Below are positions 13,865 through 27,200 of a stretch of DNA of 64,000 nucleotides, in pieces. Positions within the stretch are counted from its first letter, which is position 1. Each line of letters begins with the position of its first letter. A program made the translations under genes and the position numbers. The notes under the pieces were generated by a model. That model was not told the origin of the DNA, did not search any database, and was given only the letters and a program-made list of their open reading frames with translations. Source of the DNA: Macrostomum lignano (taxonomy: Eukaryota); contig NIVC01003722.1 in assembly GCA_002269645.1 (NCBI GenBank), positions 16,578-80,577 on the forward strand. The letters run 5' to 3'.

Positions 13865-14169
13865 GATTTTCTGTTCGCGAAGTACGTAACGGCGATCTGG
13901 TTGAAGACAGCTACATTGTAGGCCAACCCCCAATTACGCGACTATTATTTTTAGCAAGACTCCTTTAGCAGCGGTTCGCTATTATACTGCCAACAGTGCT
14001 CACTGCTCAGCATTCAATTATACTCTATGGGATTGATATTACTGCAAATGTCCGTGAGACTTTACTAATGGTAGTAGCATTCCCAGCAACTGCCTAAACG
14101 GAGTCCTGCATCTACTCGTGACTTTTGTTTGAGCTGCTTATAGCTGCTCTTGTAACGCCTGTTTCTCCT

Positions 14170-14392
14170 GTAACAGCCTCCCGTCACTTCTCAGTCTGTC
14201 ACATCATTCCGTCACTTCTCATGCTGTCACATCATTCCGTCACTTCTCAGTCTGTCACATCATTCCGTCACTTCTCAGGCTGTCACATCATTCCGTCACT
14301 TCTCAGTCTGTCACATTATTCCGTCACTTCTCAGTCTGTCACATCATTCCGTCACTTCTCAGTCTGTCACATCATTCCTTCACTTCTAGTCA
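14170..14392. repeat. About 28-bp minisatellite (CTTCTCAGTCTGTCACATCATTCCGTCA)n
   Basis: Unit read directly. Confidence 0.88.
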
Positions 14393-14661
14393 CTTTGTTA
14401 AAATTACTCTTAAGTATTTTTGGAATAAAAAAGCGCAACTGAAAACTTATCAAGTTATTTGCCAGCTTAAATAGTTATAGAGATAGAGAGCGTCTGCTAA
14501 ATAGATTTAAGATAAAGAGATGGCGCACAAAATAAGAGCTGTGACAATTCCAATGATCAACTGATCGTGCCCTAAAATTAAGTCATATTAATTATTTTTT
14601 CTCTGCTAGCTGCATGTCAAGCGCAGTCAAATCCATCACTAGCTGGTCCCTGACTCGCCGG

Positions 14662-17521
14662 CTAATACGTTGGACACCAGCTAGAAGCGTTCTTGACCGC
14701 GGTGACAAAAATCAGCAGCAAGACGGCCACAGAGCAGCTGACGGAGCAGATTATCAGCAGGCGGTCAATCGCTGAGCCAATCTGCTGCCACTCGGATCCC
14801 GGACTGGTTTTGATTGTTGTCATGGAAACCGACTCGAGCGATTGGGCTTGGTTGCTCTCCTTGCAGTTCTCAACGCTTTGCTGCAAAAATTGTGCGACAG
14901 TTGCTAACTGCATCCGAGTGAGTTATTAAAGACTCAGAACTTTATGCTCACCACAGTGTTCTTCCAGCCGCACAGGCGGTTGAGGAACAGCAGCCTCAGC
15001 ACTGGGCTGCTCACAGCCTCCCGCGATGCAGCTCTCCTGTAGCACAGGTGCACAACTATGCTGCCGATTGTGCTCAGAGCGGTCACAGCCATGGCCACCG
15101 TGAAGTACCAGGCTGGGGATGGGCAGAGACAGACTTGGCTCAGTGTAGCTGCATAGCACAGCACAGCACAGCACAGCACAGCACAATACAGCACAGCACA
15201 GCACAGCACAGCACAGCACAATACAGCACAGTACAGCACAGCACAGCACAGCACAGCACAGCACAGCACAACACAGCACAGCACAGCACAGCACAGCACA
15301 GCACAGCACAGCACAGCACACATCAATAGCCATACACTCTGACTCACTGAGCACTGGAACAGACTCGCTCTGAGCAGGGGTGATGCTGCCCGCCAGCTGC
15401 AGGAACACACTCATTGACAGCAGGATGGCCACATTCAGTGCCAGTCGGTCGCCCGAGTCCGCTGGCAGGAGAAAGCCGAAGATGCAGGTGGCGAGGATGA
15501 GGGCGCTGGGGATGATGAGCACGATGACGTAGTAGAGGGGCCGCCTCTGCAAAGGGATGGGGAGCGGGAGACTGAGCGGGCACTTAATGCCGAGCCTCGG
15601 GGACCTTTATATACGAGTATCTAGTTTCTATCTCACCTTGAAGCTGACAGTGATATTCACTATGTCGTGTTGTCCCATCTTACTATTCCAGGATGTATTG
15701 ACATTGGTGACGCAGAATTCATTATTTTGGCTAGCAGTCACGACAATCTGCTGGTCATTGGGTCTTGGTAAAGCCTTCAGCCTGATGTATTTACTACCCT
15801 TCGCTACTGAGGACAGGTAGATTGAGCAGTGCTGGGAGTCGAACGGGAAATCGTTCAGCTTCATCTTGCACTTGTTGGTTGTGCCGTAGGACAGCAGTGC
15901 CGTGACCTGGCCATTCGCGAGCACCTTCGCTAGCAGCCTGTTCTTCTCGAAGCTGCGAATGTCGATGCTATGAGAGAGGTTGAGTAGCTTTTAAGTGAGT
16001 TGGTGTCAAAAGTGCAATAATCATCGTATACTTTTTTATAAGCTTTAGTGAATCATATTTGAGTTAGTAGCCAGCCAAAGATCATGAAAGATACATCGCT
16101 TCATATCTTTTTACTTATCATTATAAGTAAAGTACCAGTCAGAGGTTTGAATTATAAGCCGCAAAAACACCAAATATTTCTAATACTGAATACCACGGAC
16201 AACTAAAGCAACGTACAGGACGCGACACTGTACGAGCTAAATCTATACAAAATGTTTTGAAGGCCACTGTTCGCCGAGAAATACACTATGTAGATAGAAA
16301 GTTTTCATTTTTTCAGCTCAAAAATTGTTATTGCTTTCAATAGGAGGCAGACCCAATGCTCATCTTTGAGTTGTCCTTGGCTTACTGTGTAACAATATGT
16401 GTAACAGAAATGATAAAATAGATGCATACGAGCTAAAACTAAAGATTCGAGCCGTGCCATGCATTTTAATGATTTTTTAGGTACAGGAAATGTACGTAGA
16501 ATATGAAATTAACATAGAATCCCAATTTTCCGAACAAAGAGCTTTACGAATATCAATAGAGATCTTATCCAAAGATGAGCATTGCGTCTGCCTCCTATCG
16601 AAAGCAATAACAATTTTTATGCTGAAAAAAGAGAACTTCCTATCTCCGTAGTTCTACCATGTCCTTCTACTTTAGTAGTCCTTGCTGAATACTACTTTCG
16701 ATTGTTGGCAATTCAGTAGTATCGACTAATTTTGAATCAATTTTTATCAGGAGCGAATCTGGTGATTGGCCAGTTGTGCCGTCTGAACGGATTTTGCAAT
16801 GGTTCGCTCCTTCATCCAACGTGGAGCTGTGGGATTTCGAGGAGTTTGAGACGCGATCCCGGACGAGAAGAGAAGATAAGAGCAACTTTTGCACTTGAGC
16901 TATGGAGCTAATAAACTGAAATCTGATGTCGCACTCACGGCCTCATCACAATGACATCCGGCACCCAAATCATGTCGAGTGGCAGGAAGATTTCGTCAGT
17001 TGTCAGCAGCTCAGCATTGCCCGACCTGTCCCAGGCCAGTCTCCTGTCAGTCCATTGCTTGGGGGCGGAAGAGTTACAAAGGTTTTTTTCAGCATGAATG
17101 TAACATCAATATTTCTAATAACTCATCAAGCTTACCAGCATTATGTAGCTGTCAAGAGAAAACAACTGCTTCACATCATTCTGGAACAGCACAAGATGGA
17201 GCATCGTTATCGGACAGGGGTTAATTGAATTAGCGCTAGCGCTACATCACTATTTTTGGACATCTATGGTATTTACTGGTGCCAACTCACCACTTCAAGC
17301 AGCTCGTTGACAAGGCAGTCCACAGTAACCAAGGTAGCGGTGCCATTGTCCTGCGGCGGAGCCGCCTCCTTGCAGTACCTGGCGGTCAGGTTCAGCCATC
17401 GGATCACCTGCTCCTCTCCAGATGCCGCTTCTTCTGTTTGAGAATGCACTCCTGATGACAGCAAGACGAGCACTGCTACGCAGAGTCTGCAGCAGAGGTC
17501 TGAGTATTGTTGAGTCCGCAT
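14662..17521 (-). CDS. Divergent nAChR-like Cys-loop ligand-gated ion channel subunit, copy A (443 aa, non-alpha type)
   Basis: Seven exons: 17521-17291, 17180-17136 (the 45-bp exon typical of nAChR genes), 17057-16939 (WTDRRLAW...WVPD), 15967-15637 (Cys-loop CKMKLNDFPFDSQHC), 15546-15348 (M1-M2, SGDRLALNVAILLSMSVF), 15112-14952 (M3), 14907-14662 (EW..I...IDRL, M4). Total 1332 nt in frame, all GT-AG. Confidence 0.9.
15153..15321. repeat. (CAGCA)n microsatellite in intron 5 of channel copy A
   Basis: Pentamer run read directly. Confidence 0.95.
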
Positions 17522-19187
17522 CGATCTATTCGGGTAGGAGCGCAGGCTCACACAGCAGTATTTGCCAAGTATCACAGCGCCAGACTGCTAGCAGTTCACC
17601 AAACTAAGTAAGCAGAGCATGAACTGATGTAGACAAGCCTCTTATATATACATACTAGAGCAAATGCAGCCTTTTGCTATAACCAATAAGCTGATTGCGA
17701 TTGCTGAGCTGAGTGAATGCGACGCTGATAAAGCAGTTGGTGGCATATTGGCCTGCCGTTTCCCCGACTCACTTTGCTCAGCGACTGCAAGGCTTTAATT
17801 AACAGTCACGACAGTTAAACCAAGCACTGAGCAGAGCACACAAAGGGCCGGGTTAGCATGGTGCTCAAATATTGAATTAGTAGAAGCTATCGCTGGGAAG
17901 CTTCAGAGTTGAATTTGTTTAAGCTGTGAGCAAGCGAAGTGACCATGGCAACATTTTTCGAGAAAGTGAACTTTCCGGTGCCCTTGCAGTTCACTGCCTA
18001 ACGGATGAGAAAGTCAGGGCCGCTGTACACCCAGTGTGAGCGAGTGCGTAATCCGTATATGTACTTGGCAGCGGCCAAGGTACTCAACTTGAAGCAGACT
18101 AGAGTAAGTTCAGCTGCGCGCCACTTCAATTCGGCGACTCAAACTTTAATTAATGAGAGTCCGTGCAGCTTATCAACTTTCGTGCTGTCGTCCGTCAGAC
18201 ACATGGGTTTGATTCCGAGAAGAACAGTTAGTTTTCTGAGTTGCTTCAACTATTGGATATTGTTCAGAGTTGCCTAATTAGATTCTATTAACTCGGCTCT
18301 CTTCGTCACTGATGCACCGAATCAATTTGCTTAAGTGCTACTCAATTGTTTGCTTCCAGCCACCTAGCCAGTGCCCCGGCCGTATTGTCATGCAATTGTC
18401 CAATTTGTCAACTCTAGCTGTTCATCAAATATTATCCGTAAGAGTGCGTGACACTTACGGTGTGGTTTGTGACCGGTCGGATGTTCTTTCTCTCCGGCCT
18501 CCGTCGCGCCCCGTCTCCGTCTCTCTGGCGCACCCACCTCCCCCCGATCTGGCTTTAAGGCCTTCTTCTCGCGTTGATTTGCCTCCCCTTTGTCTGTTTG
18601 CAGGGACTGCTAAAAATAGCATCACTGTGGTGCCAGCTCTAGAAGTCCCTGGCGATCCCTTGTAGGTGTTCGCGTCTGGCTTCTTTCGTGCTCTGACTGT
18701 GGAGTTAATGAAACCATTTATACTTCCGGCTCAGTACCATCTTCATTTTAATAAGCTCCCGTCTCAAACTCACTGCACTTACATGTAATAGACACATGGA
18801 AAGCTAAACCTTGACTATATCAGTATCGTAAGATCTAATCGAATGAGGAATTCTGAAGCTAATGTTTTTCACTAATATAGGTACAAGTAAAACCCACGAT
18901 GCCCTCAACTCCGGAGGTAATTACATCAGTCCGAAAGATTCAGTCTTCAGTTGTCTTGAAACAAGTGCAATGCGTCAAAATGATTATTATAGTTTAACAA
19001 GATAAAATATAGTTGTAATATATATCTGCTGCGGCAGTTTGGTTAACTGGCCTATTGGTTCAATAATTAGCTGCTAGTGTTGGCTGCTGGAGTATTGCAC
19101 GGTACACAGCTGATGTGTTAGTTTATTAAGGAGTTAGTTTAGTAGGCCTTAAACTCGAATTGATGAGCTCGGTCATCAGCATCCCGC

Positions 19188-22100
19188 CTAGTTGCTCTTG
19201 TTAGCGGTGGCGCCCAGCAGCACGGTGACGGCCACGGAGAGGCTCACAACGCAGACCAGCATCAGTCTGTCCAGCACGCAGCTCACATGCAGCCACTCGT
19301 CTCCAGGATCGCGGCAGCCGTCCTGGACGCTGGCGAGGCTGCTGCTGGATGATGAGGCGGCCGCGGCCTTCGATGTGGCGCTGCTGACTCGGTAATTCTG
19401 GCGAAAAATGAGAGCAATTTAAAGATTCGACAAGCTGTCAGCAGATAAAGTAAGAGCAACGTCGGAAAATCTAAGTACATATGAGAGAGCACGCACCGAC
19501 CAGCCGCACAGGCGGTTGAGGAACAACAGCCTCAGCACTGGGCTGCTCACAGCCTCCCGCGATGCAGCTCTCCTGTAGCACAGGTGCACAACTATGCTGC
19601 CGATTGTGCTCAGAGCGGTCACAGCCATGGCCACCGTGAAGTACCAGGCTGGGGATGGGCAGAGACAGGCTTGGCTCAGTGTAGCTGCACAACACAGCAC
19701 AGCACAGTACACCACAGCATAGCACAGCACAGCACAGCATAGCACAGCACAGCACAGCACAGCACAGCACAGCACAGCACAGCACAGCACAGCACAGCAC
19801 AGCACAGCACAGCACAGCACACAGCCCAGCACAGCACAGCACAGCACAGCACAACACAGCACAGCACAGCACAGCACAGCACAGCACAGCACAATACAGC
19901 ACAGCACAGCACAGCACAGCACAGCACAGCACAGCACAATACAGCACAGCACAGCACAGCACAGCACAGCACAGTACAGTACAGCACAATACAGCACAGC
20001 ACAGCACAGCACAGCACAGCACAGCACAGCACAGCACAGCACAGCACAGCACAACACAGCCCAGCACAGCACAGCACAGCACAGCACAACACAGCACAGC
20101 ACAGCACAGCACAGCACAGCACAGCACAATACAGCACAGCACAGCACAGCACAGCACAGCACAGCACAGCACAATACAGCACAGCACAGCACAGCACAGC
20201 ACAGCACAGTACAGTACAGCACAATACAGCACAGCACAGCACAGCACAGCACAGCACAGTACAGCACAGTACAGTACAGCACAGCACACATCAATAGCCA
20301 TACACTCTGACTCACTGAGCACGGGAACGGACTCGCTCTGAGCAGGAGTGATGCTGCCCGCCAGCTGCAGGAACACACTCATTGACAGCAGGATGGCCAC
20401 ATTCAGTGCCAGTCGGTCGCCCGAGTCCGCTGGTAGGAGAAAGCCGAAGATGCAGGTGGCGAGGATGAGGGCGCTGGGGATGATGAGCACGATGATGTAG
20501 TAGAGGGGCCGCCTCTGCAATGGGATGGGGAGCGGGAGGCTGAGCGGGTAGTCAGAACAGAGACTGCTGTGCAATGAGTGAGTACCCAGCACCTCTCAAA
20601 CATGCGGTATCTTACCTCGAATTCAACTGTAACCAAAAGCTTCTTGAATTGGGGAAATTGGGTGCTGAAGTCAATAATGACTGAGCGCACACTAGTAACA
20701 CAGTACTCATTGTTCTGCAGGTTTATCTCGCTGTAGTTGATAGGCAGCCCACTTTTTATCTCAAGCTGCAAAAGCGTCTGCTTCTTCGCCGCTGACGAGA
20801 AAGAAAACTGGCAAACTTGCGTGTCAAATGGAAAGTCGCGCATCTTCAGCGGGCACTTGATGGTTATGCCGAGCGGCGTTTCCAGTTTCATCCTACCGTT
20901 CGAGCTCACGTCAACCAAGAATTTGTTGGTTTCAAAGCTTTTGACGTCAACCCTGTCAAAATATTTACGAGAGTATTTGATAAAAGACTGGGCTGTCTAT
21001 GGCCGAGTGCAGTTCTGTGGCAGTGGCTTTGGTTGGCTTCATTGTCTATGGCCGAGTGCAGCTCTGTGGCAGTGGCTTTGGTTGGCTTTATTGTCAATGG
21101 CCGAGTGCAGTTCTGTGGCAGTGGCTTTGGTTGGCTTCATTGTCTATGGCCGAGTGCAGTTCTGTGGCAGTGGCTTTGGTTGGCTTCATTGTCTATGGCC
21201 GAGTGCAGCTCTGTGGCAGTGGCTTTGGTTGGCTTCATTGTCTATGGCCGAGTGCAGCTCTGTGGCAGTGGCTTTGGTTGGCTTTATTGTCAATGGCCGA
21301 GTGCAGTTCTGTGGCAGTGGCTTTGGTTGGCTTTATTGTCTATGGCCGAGTGCAGCTCTGTGGCAGTGGCTTTGGTTGGCTTTATTGTCTATGGCCGAGT
21401 GCAGCTCTGTGGCAGTGGCTTTGGTTGGCTTTATTGTCTATGGCCGAGTGCAGCTCTGTGGCAGTGGCTTTGGTTGGCTTTATTGTCTATGGCCGAGTGC
21501 AGCTCTGTGGCAGTGGCTTTGATAGGCTTTATTGTCTATGGCCGAGTGCAGTTCTGTGGCAGTGGCTTTGGTTGGCTTTATTGTCTATGGCCGAGTGCAG
21601 TTCTGTGGCAGTGGCTTTGGTTGGCTTTATTGTCTATGGCCGAGTGCAGCTCTGTGGCAGTGGCTTTGGTTGGCTTTATTGTCTATGGCCGAGTGCAGTT
21701 CTGTGGCAGTGACTTTGGTTGGCTTTATTGTCTATGGCCGAGTGCAGTTCTGTGGCAGTGGCTTTGGTTGGCTTTATTGTCTATGGCCGAGTGCAGCTCT
21801 GTGGCAGTGGCTTTGGTTGGCTTTATTGTCTATGGCCGAGTGCAGCTCTGTGGCAGTGGCTTTGATAGGCTTTTTTGATAGGCTGCAGCGAAAGGGGACT
21901 CTCCACCTGATCGGCTTTATTATCAACCAATATAAAAATCAATGCCATATTAAATTGGCAAACAGAACTCACGGATGGCTCAGACTCAAGTCCGGAAGCC
22001 ACACATAGTCTGTTGGTAGAAAGATCTTCTCAAACTTGGCCAGTTTGGGATCGTCGGTCTCGTTCCAGGCGAGTCGCAAATCCGTCCAAAACTGAAAATT

Positions 22101-22613
22101 CAGAGTTGTTCGAGGGCGGCCGAGGCAGGTGTTGCGGTAGATGTGCAGCTGCTACTCATTCAGGTAACTTAAAGGTGGATTATCTAGGAGTCAAACTCAC
22201 CATCATTATCCAGAGATCCAAGGACACTAGCTGATTCACAACATCCTACAAAGCGTTTTTTCAGGCTGATTTAACTGCTTTTAAACCGATTACAGTGGCT
22301 ATCGCATTTTTGAGTAAAAGTTTGAGCAAAAACCTGTAAGTTTGGGGAGTTAAAATAAGATATACAATACTGCACCCTCAGTGGCACTCACCACGCTGCT
22401 GATTCTGATGAGTTTAGTTCTAAACTTGATTACATTGGCCGTGCCGTTGTCTGGCGGAGGTGCCGCCACCTTGTAGTAGCCGGAGGTGATGTTCAGCAGC
22501 CGGATGATCCTCTCTTCGGTTGACATCCTGGAAGGCTCCTTCGCCGAGCAGACGGCGGCCTGGAGGACCAGCAACGTCAATGTCAACGCCAGAATAATCC
22601 CCTGTCTCAGCAT
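19188..22613 (-). CDS. Divergent nAChR-like Cys-loop channel subunit, copy B (427 aa)
   Basis: Exons 22613-22392, 22245-22201, 22091-21973, 20952-20616 (CPLKMRDFPFDTQVC), 20514-20316, 19648-19497, 19397-19188 (EWLHVSCVLDRL). Total 1284 nt in frame. Confidence 0.9.
19686..20289. repeat. (CAGCA)n microsatellite in intron 5 of channel copy B
   Basis: About 600-bp pentamer run. Confidence 0.95.
20993..21870. repeat. 49-bp minisatellite in intron 3 of copy B
   Basis: Unit TCTATGGCCGAGTGCAGCTCTGTGGCAGTGGCTTTGGTTGGCTTTATTG. Confidence 0.93.
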
Positions 22614-23084
22614 TGCTCACTGGCTGAATTCAGCTGTGCTAATCCGGTGATCTTCATCGAATCCCCCGATGGTTTTATTCGTTAAATATTTCCCACAGGG
22701 GAGAACCACTTTGGGAAATTGCTGAATTAGATTCTGACAACTACCCGGCTCTCTAATTGACTGTAGTGCAGCTGAGAGAGCATCCCGTAAATAGGTTATC
22801 GTCTAAGTCAATTTGATGGATTGGCAAGCATTGTTTGCTTTCAGCATTATCCTCTGCCTTTTTAGCCACCAATCAAACCCAATTTACTCGTCGTAATGCA
22901 AATTTGCGAATTTTCGTTGACCAGCAAATGTCTGCTGAGCAAACTTTTCGCTACAATAGACACTAAGTCCATTAAAGGCTCGTTAATCAAAGGTCCATTA
23001 TTGGTACTGATAAAAATTGGAGGTTGCGACAGACACGGAATGGGCGGAGACAGGCTTGGCTCAGTGTAGCTTTTTTGTTACCAA

Positions 23085-23320
23085 TGTGTTTTTTTGGTTA
23101 AAAAGCACATCGGTAACAGAACGGGAGGTTAAAAAGCACATTGGTAACAGAACGGGAGGTTAAAAAGTACATTGGTAACAGAACGGGAGGTTAAAAAGCA
23201 CATCGGTAACAGAACTGGAGGTTAAAACAGACACATTGGTAACAGAACGGGAGGTTAAAAAGCACATTGGTAACAGAACGGGAGGTTAAAAAGCACATTG
23301 GTAACAGAACGGGAGGTTGA
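23085..23320. repeat. 31-bp minisatellite (AAAAAGCACATTGGTAACAGAACGGGAGGTT)n
   Basis: Unit read directly. Confidence 0.88.
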
Positions 23321-23474
23321 GCTTGGGACACCTACACCTACACAAGGGACACCTTGGGACAACTGCGAAGGGACACAATATTATTACTATACAAGTGAGT
23401 CGATAAATTATTGTTTAAATTACGACTCGAATGACAGCTGCTCTCACAATATTTGAATTAATAAATAGCTATTG

Positions 23475-24120
23475 ACTCATTGGTACACAGCCATTGGCTC
23501 ATTGGTACATAGACAAAAGTTCTTTGGTACACAGCCATTGGCTCATTGGTACACAGACAAATAGTTCTTTGGTACACAGTCATTGGCTCATTAATATACA
23601 GACAAAAGTTCTTTGGTACACAGCCATTGGCTCATTAATATACAGACAAAAGTTCTTTGGTACACAGCCATTGGCTCATTGGTACACAGACAAAAGTTCT
23701 TTGGTACACAGTAATTGGCTCATTGGTACACAGACAAAAGTTCTTTGGTACACAGTAATTGGCTCATTGGTACACAGACAAATAGTTCTTTGGTACACAG
23801 CCATTGGCTCATTGGTACACAGTTATTGGCTCATTGGCACACACTTATTGGCTCATTGGTACACAGACAAATAGTTCTTTGGTACACAGCCATTGGCTCA
23901 TTGGTACACAGTTATTGGCTCATTGGTACACAGTTATTGGCTCATTGGTACACAGACAAATAGTTCTTTGGTACACAGCCATTGGCTCATTGGTACACAG
24001 TTATTGGCTCATTGGCACACACTTATTGGCTCATTGGTACACAGACAAAAAGTTCTTTGGTACACAGCCATTGGCTCATTGGTACACAGCCATTGGCTCA
24101 TTGGTACACAGTTATTGGCT
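23475..24120. repeat. Compound minisatellite (TTGGCTCATTGGTACACAG core)
   Basis: Repeated core with variable tails. Confidence 0.88.
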
Positions 24121-24206
24121 CGTTTAAAAACAGTTATAATTTTATGATGCCATTCAGATGATTTTGCTAGTGTGTCACGTTTAGTAAGAGGTCGGTGTCA
24201 AATCCA

Positions 24207-27200
24207 TCAGCAAGCTACAAAGCCGCTATTAGCAGCTGTGACGAAAAGCAGCCCGCCAACAGCTGCAGCGGACAGGACAGCGCAGGCAATCAGCAGCCGG
24301 TCCACTGCAGAGCCGATGTGACGCCACGCATCCGCGGGGTCGCTGCCTTGAAAACCGCACAGGCGGTTGAGGAACAGCAGCCTCAGCACTGGGCTGCTCA
24401 CAGCCTCCCGCGATGCAGCTCTCCTGTAGCACAGGTGCACAACTATGCTGCCGATTGTGCTCAGAGCGGTCACAGCCATGGCCACCGTAAAGTACCAGGC
24501 TGGGGATGGGCAGAGACAGGCTTGGCTCAGTGTAGCTGCACAGCACAGCACATTACAGCACAGCACAGCACAGCACAGCACAGCCCAGCACAACACAGCA
24601 CAGCACAGCACAGCACAGCGCAGCACAGCACAGCACAGCACAGCACAGCACAGCACAGTACAGCACAGTACAGCACAGCACAGCACAGCACAGCACAGCA
24701 CAGCACAGCACAGCACAGCACAGCACAGCACAGCACAGCACAGCACAGCACAGCACACATCAATAGCCATACACTCTGACTCACTGAGCACTGGAACGGA
24801 CTCGCTCTGAGCAGGAGTGATGCTGCCCGCCAGCTGCAGGAACACACTCATTGACAGCAGGATGGCCACATTCAGTGCCAGTCGGTCGCCCGAGTCCGCT
24901 GGCAGGAGAAAGCCGAAGATGCAGGTGGCGAGGATGAGGGCGCTGGGGATGATGAGCACGATGATGTAGTAGAGGGGCCGCCTCTGCAAAGGGGTGGGGT
25001 GCGGGAGGCTGAGCGGGCACTCAGCACAGAGACTGCTGTGCAATGGGGTGGGGAGCGGGAGGCTGAGCGGGCACTCAGCACAGAGACTGCTGTGCAATGG
25101 AGTGGGGAGTGGGAGGCTGAGCGGGCACTTAGCACAGAGACTGCTGTGCAATGGGGTGGGGAGCGGGAGGCTGAGCGGGCACTTAGCACAGAGACTGCTG
25201 TGCAATGGGGTGGGGAGTGAGAGGCTGAGTGATGCAGCTGGTAAAGCACAGATGTTCAACTCATCTGCTACTTGCCTTGAAGCTGATTGAAACCTGAACT
25301 TTTTCGTAATATTCATAGATAGATACTTTTGAAGTTTCGATGTGGCTGATGCAGAATTCGTTGCTCTCCTTGTTAAGATCGGCATAGGTTTTGTTTGCCT
25401 CCTGTCCCAATTCAAGCTGCAAATCCGCAGGCGTTTTCACAGCCGAGGAGAAGGTTGCGTTGCACTGCTGGGAGTCGAAGGGAAAATACGCCATGTTCAT
25501 CGGACACCTGCTGGTTACTCCGTATGGAATGCCGATTATTACAGTTCCACTTTGGTAGACAATAGACAAGTGTTTATTGGCCTCATAATTGCGGATTTCG
25601 ACTCTGCGTTGCAGGAGTAGGTATTGATCTGTGTTCGCCACAATGACAAGGCATTGCTTTTAAAGTTACATGATACATGCACATCTACATGATACATGCA
25701 CATCTACATGATACATGCACATCTACATGATACATGCAAAACTACATGATACATGCACATCTACGTGATACATGCACAGCTACATGATACACATCCGCAA
25801 CTACATGATACACATAAACAGTTACATGATACACATACGCAACTACCGGTACATGATACACATACACAGTTACATGATACACTTACACAACTACATGAAA
25901 CACATACAGAACTACATGTTACTCATACGAAACCCTAAAACACAACCACAGTTAGTTACATGATACACATATACAGTTAAATAATACACATACACAGCTA
26001 CATGATACACATACGCAACTACATGATACACATATACAGTTACATAATACACATACGCAACTAAATGATACACATACACAGTTACATGATACACATACGC
26101 AACTACATGATACACATAAACAGTTACATGATACACACACGCAACTACATGATAAACATATACAGTTACATGATGCATGAACTTACGGGTGGTCCACGGT
26201 CACATCGGGCAGCCACAGCCAATCAGTCGGCACGAAGATTTTCTCAACCTTGGCTAAGCTTTCATCGCTTGTGTCATTCCAGGCTAATCGGGCATCTGTC
26301 CATCTCTGAATAATTTTTTTTATTAATGGCACATTGCTATGCTCGTAACTGCATATGAGATTTGATTGAGCTGAGATGCATATGACATTTGGTTGACCTG
26401 AGATGCATATGACATTTGGTTGAGCTGAGATACATATGAGATTTGAATGAGCTGAGATGCATATGAGATTCGATTGAGCTGAGATACATATGAGATTTGA
26501 TTGAGACGAGATACCTATGAGATTTGATTGAGCTGAAATACCTATGAGATTTGATTGAGGTGAGATACCTATGAGAGTTGATTGAGGTGAGATACCTATG
26601 AGAGTTGATTGAGGTGAGATACCTATGAGAGTTGATTGAGGTGAGATACCTATGAGAGTTGATTGAGGTGAGATACCTATGAGATTTGATTGAGGTGAGA
26701 TACCTATGAGATTTGATTGAGGTGAGATACCTATGAGAGTTGATTGAGCTGAGATGCATATGAGATTTGGTTGACCTGAGGTGCATATGAGATTCGATTG
26801 AGCTGAGATGCATATGAGATTTGATTGAGGTGAGATACCTATGAGAGTTGATTGAGCTGAGATACCTATGAGAGTTGATTGAGGTGAGATACCTATGAGA
26901 TTTGATTGAGCTGGGGTGCACACACTGAGATGTAAACGATGGCTTACCAGTATCATCCAGAGGTCAATGGACACTTGCTGTTTCACAATATCCTGAATGG
27001 CAGCAGCAACAGCTTTATTACACAAAGGTAGAGTTGAGCACAAGATGCACAAGCTGCACTCACCACGCTGCTCAATCGAACAACTTTAATGGACACAATG
27101 ACAACATTCGCTGTGCCATTGTCTGGAGGCGGCGCCGCGCCCTTGCAGTAGCCGGAGGTGAGGTTCAGCAGCTCGACAATTCTCTCCTGGTTGGACTTCC

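Noticed and set aside
19419-20592. Cys-rich CCAVL / STAQH ORFs (also at about 15.2, 24.6 and 30.1 kb)
   Set aside because: These are translations of the intronic (CAGCA)n repeat; GT-AG splicing around it restores the channel frame.
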